Part shown: positions 23,001 through 33,166 of the stretch, piece by piece
Layout of the letters: each line of letters starts with the position of its first letter
Numbering within the stretch: position 1 is the first letter of the stretch
Assembly (NCBI GenBank): GCA_965637545.1
Contig: OZ281497.1
Span: 21,638,001 to 21,702,000, forward strand
From: Phallusia mammillata
Lineage: Eukaryota
Direction of reading: 5' to 3'
DNA: 64,000 nucleotides
Position numbers and translations under genes: made by a program
Notes under the pieces: generated by a model
Told to the model about the DNA's origin: nothing
Seen by the model: only the letters and a program-made list of their open reading frames with translations
Database searches by the model: none

Positions 23001-26000
23001 TATTTGATAGAATGTCCGTTCAAAACCGCTGGTTTAACACAATGGGCGTAAACAGCTTTTCATTTATAACAGTAACTATCTCGTATCACCAGTTTGAATG
23101 TTGCAGCCTGATTTGCTTCATTTATTGTTGTGTAATAATAAGACTCCTTGTGAAATAATAAGAATGTATTTACACGTTTGGTGTTACGCAAGATTATATT
23201 AATGTATGTTTCGTGGCTTAAAAATGGTTGAAAAACACTGTTATAGTCCATGTCATACATCAGAATCCGTAAAATTAGCAATGATTTTTGACTATAATTG
23301 TTTAAGCTAGCGGTTTTGGCTAAAGTGTTGGGACCAATTCTGTGCATTTACAAAAACAATTCGCAACGCTTCTCGTACTACGAAGTACGAAGTACTGAGA
23401 AACTTATTTACCACGTCACAAGAAAAACTCGGAAAGGTTTTGAACTTATTAATGCGCAATGACCAGTATGAGAACCAAAACAGGCGACCCAACGCGTGTT
23501 TACGCAGCCATAGGACATGTGCAAAATATGAATATGATAAAACTCTCTTTGTTGTTACTTTGCATTTGTTCCTTCAAAAATATAAAATAAAATAGATTGA
23601 ACACCGGTTAAACAAGGTAATTAAGCAATTTACATCCAGGCGAAAATGCTACAGGCGATAACGGGAATGAACGCGTAAACTATGCAAATGTCATGACTGT
23701 GCTGGAATGCGGCCTTAGGAACGAAAGCGTAACCACAACAACTTTCTTCAAACATAAAAGTTGCTACAAACCAGCGACAGACGACAGCATAAAAAGTATT
23801 ACTTGTCACTTTAGGCATTTGAGTTAAGGTAGTGCTATAGCATGTATGGTTATAATAAGAAAGGAAGGGAGTCTATTTCAGGAAATTGGGCTTATATTTC
23901 TAATTTGCCAGTAATAGCTAATTGCTAATGATCGCCCTTTTCCTCACTACAGCTTGCGTTGCGATCCATAGCGTTGTGCGACGTAATAATCAACTGTCAG
24001 TTTTGTGTGATAACACAAGGCGGTTAAGTTCTTTTCGTTGCTGACTTCCATGGAGCAGGGTGCTACGTTGGTTGCGTTGGAAAGCCGTGTTTTATCGTGT
24101 AAACGGATTTATTGCGTCCTGTGCTTTAGTGCAGATTAATTTAATTCTACGCTTATACTGTCGCCCAACATAGCTTTGTGTGACGTCATAGCAGCCCGCT
24201 GCGGTCGTATACTTCTTTATATGTTTAGGTGTGTGACAGTACTGTAATTGTTGCGATTCGAATACGAGTGTTGTGTTTTTCTTCCGGCGACCACAACAGA
24301 AGATTTGTGTAGGAATTTCTTCATTCAAAGCAGAGTATGTAACGGAATGTTTTTGTACAAACCGTCTCCTATCATTTCCTTTAGCTTGTTGGGGCATTTA
24401 GGGGTTTGTCCCGCCCTTGTAACCGGGGCTCGTTCACGGGACGTTAAATAGCGCGAGGTACGTATTTTACGCCATTATTTCGACAGCCCCAGAATTTGGT
24501 CTAGCTGTTTTCGGCGGCGATACAAACTTTGCCAAACAAACCAAAAAACCCCAGCCAACACGAGCTTACACCAAGACTTTTATCTCCACAATTATGCAAA
24601 GAACCCTGCGATAACATGCAGCTCACCACAAAAGTCAATACTCCCGTACACTGGTGTAGCTTATAGGCGCAGACTTTTATCAAAACTATGTAAAAACTGA
24701 GCAACGCATAACCGAATATTCGGTAGTTTTGCCAAACAAACGCGGCCGAATCAACAGAATCATTTATGACGTCACTCGAAACCGTAAGCTACGCGTTTAA
24801 AATGGAAAGAAAAGTCGTTTCTTTTATCAGGCAAACAGTGTTACACAATAGAATAGTTGTGTTTTATTGTCAATTTAGTTCTGTGGAGGTTTAAGAGTGC
24901 CTCGCCCACCCTTATTAACCTGCCAATGAATTACTGACTTTTGTCCGGAGTGGGAAAAACAAAAATGTTTTAAAATTTAATTTTTAATAATAGAAGCAGT
25001 TTTAGTTATGGAGTAGTTTCAAAGATTGTGTGGTGCCCTATCAGCACACTGGAACACTTTTTACATTTTAAATTTGTGTTGGTAAAATATTGTAAAAATG
25101 GCCGAACAAATATTCGGCACATCTCAACTTCTTACAACCTACTCAATTAAGGAGAATATGTTAACAAAGGGTTTATCTCGAAAATCTTATTGATTCTTAG
25201 CATTAACGTAATAAAAGTTCCACCTGTTATATTTTAACCTGATAGACTGCGATTAGGTGCGGAATTACATACGCGGTGCTCAAAATCAGCACAACAATTG
25301 CACGAATGATTACAATCGAATGACCTAATGTTGTGAAAACGAATTAGTCATTTCTACGTTATGTTGTGAACACAAATTTGTTTTAGTCCCGTTTGTCACT
25401 TGTTTAGTAGGTAACTATAGGTAACGGTTAGCTTGTTTGGCACATTGCCTTTTGTTTGTCAAAGTACTCCTCTTAATACATTTTATACATTCCCAACTAT
25501 AAGCATTTTTTCAGTGCCTGCATTCTGTAACGTACTTTTAAGAGTGGGAGTGTTTGTCTCGTTTCTGCGTCGCTGAAGTGATAACAAAAATTTGCTGGAA
25601 GGTTTTCCGCAATATTTACGTGAAGAGTTATGTATTTGGGTGTTTCACGATCTGTTATCTTTTTCACTGCCCTGCATTGAAACGCTCGTTATCTTTGACA
25701 TTTAAATGTGGTTTACCACTGCTGGTGCGTGTGGGGGTTAAGACCAACGATAGCGAATCTGTACAGCACCCTGACATCATTGATAGCTGTCACTGTTGCT
25801 TTTATAACACATGTCAAAATAAAGCCAATGTGACCTTTTTGCAATTTCAAACACAAATAACCATCAGGTTTTTGTCAGCTTTGGTATTTTCTTTGATCGT
25901 CGGTTTATCGTATACCATATACAGGACAATACGCCAATTAGCCGATGCCCGTGGTATAATTTCCGGACAGCAGCATAGGTTGATGCTGGATTTCTGTGCA

Positions 26001-26513
26001 GCAAAACGCGGAGTGGCGACCCACAAACCTAATGGTGTTTGGCCAGCCCACAGCGTACTGATTTTGCTGGCAAATTGTTAACTATTGTTGACTTACGGTC
26101 GCGACGTGGATAGTATGCAAACAACGTTCAACACAAAAACTGTACCATGAGGCAGTAAAAACAGTGTGTCTAGTAAAACTGTTTCAGCTTCGTGCTGTAC
26201 CTATACGAATAGACCTTAAAGTGACCCTTTCGGCATCAATTTTGCTTGACGAAGCTATGATAAAACAGTTCTTTATAATACACAAATACAGCTTTACAAA
26301 CTGGTTAATGTCAATAAGTAAATATTACGCAAAACAAAAAGCGCAACCAATACAATGATGTCTGGTTTATTATATTTTTTGCCTTTACAGACGTCTTCAC
26401 CAAAGCAAGCTTAAACAATTTGCAAAGTGAAATAATATACTCCATACGTTAAAAACTTAACATTTTGTGCTTGGTTTTAGATTATAGGACGATATAAAAC
26501 CCTGAACACGCCC

Positions 26514-26564
26514 ATGTCAATATTAAACTTTTGGCGTTCTTGCGACACCAATCGGATGCAATGA
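26514..26564 (+). promoter_or_regulatory. Upstream ORF (16 aa, MSILNFWRSCDTNRMQ) overlapping the FUT-A start via ATGA
   Basis: ATG at 26514. The in-frame TGA at 26562-26564 overlaps the main ATG at 26561. It lies downstream of the splice acceptor at 26480. Confidence 0.7.
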
Positions 26565-28798
26565 ATTTGAGCACCACACAAAAACTTGCCGTGGTAACTG
26601 GTATACTCTGCCTGACTGGCCTTGGATTCATGTTAATGTGGACAGACAATACATTAGTGTCGTTCAGTCAGAGGCGTTACTGCTCTATTGTTAAAAATGG
26701 GACTCTAGTTAATGCTCTGCTGCACCAAATAAGCGCCAGTGACAAATACGTCGACAACAGTGGACCAAAAGATGAGAATAACTTGACTGGACCTACGAAA
26801 AATACCACTGTCACTGAGGCCAATTTTACTTCAACAACTACAAACAGGACAACAACAACAAGAAAAATAGTAACAACAACAACAACAACTAAACAACCAG
26901 TGACCACCCCAATAGTGGCAAAGAAGCCCGGATTAATCCTGATGTGGGAAAAGCCCTGGCATGTTGCCAGCCAACCACCACAGGAGGGGGAAGTGTTTGA
27001 AAACTGTACAATCACCTTCGACAAGTCAAAACACGCTGAGGCACTGGCAATTGTCTTTCATTACACTGTTGTCCCCAAACGATACCCCTTTCCCAGGTGA
27101 AAGATCAATAAGCTCGGGCTTCGCATTTTTAATCGTATCATGTAGCGTTTCTTAACTTTTCCGCAGTCGTATCCTTTAGGACAGTGCTCCTCAACCTTAT
27201 TAGTGACACGAAAACCTCAAGAAATTTTGTTAAGTTTTGTCTATTTGCATTACCAAGCAGCGTGTCATTATGAAGCAATTGTGCAGTTTTACTTGGTGCT
27301 CAATCCTAAATGTTTCTTGTATATGTGCTGACCAAAGTTTCCATACATTCGCAGAGATCCGAAGCAGTTTTTTGTGTGGTATTCTTGGGAAAACCCATGG
27401 GTGGTCCGTTGGATGGAACACAAAGAACTAGATCAATATGACGGATTTTTCAACTGGACAATGACGTATCGGAGGGATGGTGACGTTTATGCACCGTACT
27501 ATCTCATTCGAAACGTCTACAACAATCTGCCAAAAGGCAAGAAGGTGGTGGATGATTTAATTGCTGCAAAGAAGGGACTCGCGGTAAGTTAGTAAAATCG
27601 ATATTGATATGTCCGGTGTTGTAGATGCTGTGTTAGAGTAAGAGCAGCGGTGGGATTCAGCCGGTTTGCACCGGTTCTTAGAACCGTCTCACGAAATTTT
27701 ATGAGATTAGCGAACCGCTCAGCATTACTGCCTACTGTCAATGGACTTTTTGTGACAAAACCGGCTGAAAACTGTGAGTTCTGTGATAAAAGCGGCTGAC
27801 AAAAAAAGAGTGTTAACTATAACATTGATCAAAAAAGTAGACGACAAAAATTTACTGACCCTACTTAACTTGCAATGTCCAGCACCATAGCTAGATGTTT
27901 CACTTGATAACGCATGTTAACGGTCGCCAACCTGCGCATGTTCCAACTGGTTGCGGTAAATCCAAGCAACAAAAATATACCTTTTCATCCATGCAAACCC
28001 AATTAACATTCATTTAACTTCAACCCTGTAGTTGTGATTTCAAGTCGTTAAGAGACTACTTGTAGTGAACGACTCAGTTACTGGTACAATTTTACTGCAC
28101 TTTAAAATTATAGCTCTCCTGGGTTCAAAGGTTGGCGACCCTGGATTGGGGATTGCTGAATTTATGCACTTATTTTCTTGACATCTTTGCAGACATGGGT
28201 AGTGAGTTCATGCAAGAACAAAAAGGGTTCAATATCAAGAATGAACTATGTAAATGAGATGTTGAAGACAATGCCCAACATTGATCGCTTCGGCAAGTGC
28301 TTCGGGAATAAATGGCCAGCCGCGAAAATGGTCGATTTCATTCGGACTCGGAAGTTTTATCTCTCCTTTGAAAATACGTTACACTGCCGAGATTACATTA
28401 CGGAGAAGTTTGCCAAGAACGCCTTTTATTACGGGTCTGTTCCGGTGGTTAGAGGGCCGAAAAAGGAAGACTATCTTGTCATGGCACCTCCACACTCATT
28501 TATACACACCGAAGACTTCGCCTCACCTGCAGAACTTACAAAATACCTCATGTATCTAGATAAGAACGATACAGCATACAGGGAGTACTTTAAATGGCGA
28601 GAGGACCCGTCCAAGTCCTGGGACGATCAGCGAATGGAAGTGGAAAGGCTTCATCCTAATATCAAGACTCTTCCTGACAAAACCTTCTGGTTTGGAAAGC
28701 TATGTGAACAGGTGCAAAACGGAGCGCCTCCTAAAGTGATACCGTCTTTACGAGAGGTTTTCTTTGACGACCCCGAAGAATGTCAGGCTAAGAATTGA
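26561..28798 (+). CDS. Alpha-1,3/4-fucosyltransferase (GT10), paralog A, 456 aa
   Basis: Exons 26561-27096, 27355-27583, 28193-28798 (GT-AG, phases 2 and 0). Type II membrane anchor, Thr-rich stem, FNWTMTYRRDGDVYAPY and the GT10 motif KFYLSFENTLHCRDYITEKF. Confidence 0.93.
27645..28143. mobile_element. MITE relics in FUT-A intron 2 (also 43286-43786 in FUT-B)
   Basis: MITE-like start CAGCGGTGGGATTCAGCCGG and a different MITE-like end AGGTTGGCGACCCTG. Confidence 0.45.
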
Positions 28799-28890
28799 GG
28801 AAAATTGGTCGTGAAACGACGGGGCAAGACCGAAGAGCCTGCCACGACAATTGCCATCGGACAAAAACGGTTATAAGCTTGACGCTGGTG

Positions 28891-29325
28891 CAGAGTTGCA
28901 AGCGGGCCCGAAATCTGAGCCCGAACCCGGCCCGAACCCGAAAGTATAAGCCCGAAGCCCGGCCCGAACCCGAAACGTGTTTGCAAAGCCCGTTTAGGCC
29001 CGAAATTTTGATTGACAGGCCTATCCACGAAAGCCTTGCAACAAAGGATGAGATAGAAAAAAGAGAAAGACAACAAACACAATGAACAATAGTCGACAAT
29101 GGGGTAAACAATACGTTTTAGAGGAGGGTGGGCATTGGGTCAAAGCCAGAAAATTGTTACTTAGCTGAGTGATTTTATTTAAAAAACAATGGCGGACACG
29201 GAACGTAAAGTCAGGCCCGTTTTCTCACAAATACCTAAGCCCGAACCCGGCCCGAACCCGGCCCGAACCCGGCCCGAACCCGGCCCGAACCCGGCCCGAA
29301 AAGCTCGGCCCGACTTGCAACTCTG
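28891..29325. mobile_element. hAT-type MITE (435 bp), unit-1 specific, just downstream of the FUT-A stop
   Basis: Perfect 12-bp TIR CAGAGTTGCAAG; perfect 8-bp TSD CGCTGGTG; CCCGAACCCGG subterminal repeats; empty site at ~44526 in unit 2. Confidence 0.93.
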
Positions 29326-31246
29326 CGCTGGTGTGAAAGGATTTGATCTGTCCACTAAAGCAGTGGTCGGCAACCGCCTGTCCGCGAGGTATTCATTACC
29401 GGGCCGTATAATTTTCAAGTTAAGTGCTTTTAAATATTTTCCTCGTGCAATCTGGAGATGATAAACTAATTTAAGCGTTAAAAGACCGGTCCGCGACAAA
29501 ATTTAGCATTCAAAACTGATCCGCAGTGCAAAAAAGGACTAAAGAAACTTCTAACTAAGTAAAATTGAATTAAAAAATGATGTAACTTGGTAACTTCATG
29601 CTTTAGCAATCCCCGCATGCAAAAAAATAGATAATCTAAAAACACCCCTCTAAAGCTAGATGTAATTTTGAGATTTACTAGTCAAGTTGCTGCGTTAATT
29701 CAACCATATATAGCATCTCCGGACCAACAGGACCAAAAAAGAGATTCCGCAAATCGTTGTGTCCGAGGTCCTATAAAGTCACATTGAAACAAACACTATG
29801 TTGATGAAAACAGTGGTTTTATTATGCAACAAATGTTAAAATGCCTCAAACGTTTGCCACATTGTTTGGTTTGGTATTTTAACTACAATCAAAATCTTAT
29901 TTGCACTTTTATGTGATTTTTAATTTACAACACAACACCAAGACATACGTAGCCTAAACATCAACTTGATATTATGCCTGACAGCAACAGCTTAAGTGTG
30001 AAAACATTCTGGAGTATTTCCATGTATAATGTGTGTTTTGGTATTAGTGTGTTGAAGGTCATGACTTTAAAACTAGATTGAAAGAACAATAGCCTACTAT
30101 ATGTTGAACTCGAACTCTCCAATAAACTCATGCAAAAATACTGTATGTTTACTTATTTTGTATTACTGTTGTTATCGTTTTGAATACAATGCAAATTTCT
30201 AAGTTATGCAATACTCTTCAAGCAACTCAATGGATAACATTTGTATCTACCCTTTCGAACTACTTTGTTCAAAAACAAAAAAGTTTAATAAAATAAAATA
30301 ATACCTTAAATGTTTTGGAGTAAAGTTATCTCTGTACAATAGTTTTGTGATTAAAATACATTAATTATTCAAATAAATCAAAAACGTGAAGTTTCTCGTA
30401 AGAAGCAAAGAAACAGACAAGCCTGATATAATTGACGGGTAGAGGTCAAAACTTGGCAGGATATGCGTAAAGTTTAAGTCTAAACAGCTCATTGCAGTCA
30501 ACACTTTTCAACAGATTGATCACAAGACTTTATCATGAGCAGTGGCAGCTGACCTGCAAAGTGTGAATATACTTTACTTTTTGGAATACAAAACGGTAAT
30601 AAGTGGCATCTTTGTGAACATCGGTTTTCAAACTGGAAATCACGGTCAGTTAGGGTAGTGATTTTCAACAGGTGTTCCGTAAAAGATCGTCAGGTGCTCC
30701 GCAAGACATTTATTGGTCTTACTAGTATTTCATAGAACACTGAACACTGATTTAACACAATGGGCGAAAATAGCTTTTTATTGATGAAGGTGATTGCCCA
30801 CTATATCGTCATAATATAACGTTAAAACCCTGTCTCTTGCGAAAATAGATTAAGCCAAAATTTTTGGCGCTTGAAAACGTTGATTCGTCTAGTCTGTGAT
30901 GTATAATAAATAGCCTTTGAATCATCGCCAGGCGGAGTACTCTTATTAGTCCAACATTATTTATACTATGCATGCTGTTGTGGGAATACTTCCGCGTGTT
31001 CAGTCATGGAAAAAGTTTGGGAACCACTGCTCAAGAATGTACAGAAGCGGCGTTTGTCAGGTATACTGACCGGTACTGAGCAAAGATGAAAAAACTTACG
31101 AAACTTGGTCAGTTTAACGTTGAGGTCATGGTTAAAACTATAATTACTTGTCGATTGGCTATTTTGCAGCCGTTTTTTGAGAAATACTTTTCTTGGTAGA
31201 TTTGTATTACTGTTTATGCTGTTTAATGAACTACCAAGTAAGCTAC

Positions 31247-32059
31247 TGTGGCAAAAATATTTCACGTGTCCGCCGCTGCACATTTTCTGGTGGATTTGTT
31301 TTAAACAACACGTTTCTTTCATCTGTTTATGTTATTCGTGTTCACTTATGTATATTCGTTTCACTTATGTTCACGTTTCACTTATTTGTTTTATATGTTT
31401 CACTTATGTTCACATTTAAATGTATTTCTTACATGTTCGATTTTAAAGTCACTTACATATTTTCTTAGTTTTGACTTAATCCCTTATTTCCACTTAATGC
31501 TGTTTTTCATTTGCCTCATTTTTCTTTGCTCTAGTGGCACGCTGTTTCCACGCACTGTATTTTCCTCGCCGCATTTTCCGCATCGTTAATTAGCGTTCCC
31601 GGATGTGCCGGGAAACCTTGTGATATTGCGCGAGCCGGTGATTGGTCAACGGCCCGCAAACCTATTTCCGTTTTGCACGTGTTGAACAAGAACGTGGCAG
31701 TCTTCTCTTGGGCGTCTCGTGAACGGTTGTTGTAGTGCCTTGCTTTTATGTTTATGTGTCGTTGTTGGTTTTACGTGCAGAGGTTTTGTGTGCTGGAGTT
31801 GTAGTAACGCCTCTGGAGTATTGCAATAATATATAATATAATAAACTGTGAGACGCACTTTTAGCAAAACCAGTGTTAGGTAGATCCGGCTTCCGTGGTG
31901 AGCCGTTACTGCAGGGTTCTGGACCGTTTACAGAATTGGGGAGACAGTCTCGGGAAATAGAGCAGATTGGCAGGGCTTTTGGGACTTAGTTGGCAAAGAT
32001 AATACCGCCACCCGAAATCGCTAGACCCAATTCCGGGCTGTCAAAACAATTCGGTAACA
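31247..32059 (+). mobile_element. Solo LTR (813 bp), unit-1 specific
   Basis: TGT...ACA termini, 4-bp TSD CTAC (31243-31246, 32060-32063), single CTAC at the empty site 45370-45373, AATAAA at 31840 and short TTCACTTATG repeats in the 5' part. Confidence 0.75.
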
Positions 32060-32939
32060 CTACAGCGGCTTATAGACCCATCAGGTCATGTGTGTGTGTG
32101 CGTGTACATCTGAAAATATTGGTTTCATTTAAGTATTACACCAAAATTGAACAAATTGCATGGCGAATTTGAATATCTTATGCCTCGAATTGAGTTTCAA
32201 AGTATATTTGTGGGTCAGGCAAAGTATTCCCCAGTGCCGGATCAAGGGTCTGCTGGCCTGTAGGCACATTTTATAAGTAGCCCGAAAATCAGGGTTGCCA
32301 ACAAAAAAATTAGAATTATCAGTGTTGCCAAATCATTGTGTGATTTTAAAGTGGCCTGAACTTTCGAAAAAATTTGTGATTTGATTTGTCACGTTATGAA
32401 GTTCTATCGAAAAACGTTTGTCGCGATCCACACAAAAAGTCCCAACGTTTCGTGACCCGTATGAAACGTGACGTTAGAAATTATACTTTCCATAAACCTT
32501 TGTTGCAGCTGGAAGCATAGAACTTTGTTGTGAATAAATTTGTCACTGTTGGCGTTACTCGCAAGCTGAATTTGTTCGGAAAACTACAAATCTGCGTATA
32601 AAAGGTTTGTTTTCAACCTTGGTCTCTAACTAATTGTTTTCTTTCAAAAAGTTCTTGTGTGACATACAAGTAATGTGTGTACTCCATTTGCATGTGGATA
32701 CAATTTTACGCTTGTACTGTCGTATTTAGGAAACTGTCTAACTTTGAAATATTCACTATCATTACAACAAATATTTTCTCAATGTAAAGTTTTTTTAAAG
32801 GAAACTCCGGCGCCCTTGACCAGCCAATTCTTATTCACGCGGTTTGTACTCAGAAAAGTCTTTAGGACAAATCCCCATCAGGCCATTTTTAGTTTCGTGA
32901 GATATATTTGCCAGTACGCCACCTTGTGAAAGTTCACAT

Positions 32940-33166
32940 AATCTATCAACTCTTTAGATGTCGCACCATGACGCATTTCCTTTTCCATTTCTGTCCGATG
33001 TGGTCCATTGCTTCCAGAATCTTTTCAGTCGTGCATTTAGTCAGCAATCGAGTACTATTGACCCTCGTGTTAGTGGCATGTTAGATCAGCTGCGTGAGAA
33101 ATACGAAATTCCAGAGAAACGTTACTGTTGTGGCGCCTTGTACGGTATATAATTCATGAATAATTT
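32940..33166 (+). promoter_or_regulatory. Truncated copy (5' part only) of the conserved block, upstream of FUT-B
   Basis: Near-identical to 46250-46476, then cut at the duplication breakpoint. Confidence 0.5.

Larger units (their letters stand above)
19885..33166 (+). repeat. Tandem segmental duplication, unit 1 (contains FUT-A)
   Basis: Co-linear near-identity with 33837-46476, from TGTTTACACGCAACATATG to AATTCATGAATAATTT. Confidence 0.95.

Noticed and set aside
25554-26081. 175-aa ORF upstream of FUT-A
   Set aside because: It is broken by indels in the sister copy (41190-41700) and has no protein-like features.
26677-27024. Poly-Val minus-strand ORFs (also 42282-42626, 60846-61205)
   Set aside because: They are antisense readings of the (ACA)n Thr-rich FUT stems.
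28783-29499. Cluster of overlapping 90-107 aa ORFs on both strands
   Set aside because: They arise from the stop-poor GC-rich CCCGAACCCGG repeats of a MITE.
33019-33144. Apparent exon RAFSQQSSTIDPRVSGMLDQLREKYEIPEKRYCCGALY with an in-frame 3-nt indel in unit 2
   Set aside because: The older paralogous sequence at 19005-19100 has a stop and indels in this frame, and no partner exons were found. It is treated as part of the conserved non-coding block, though not fully excluded.
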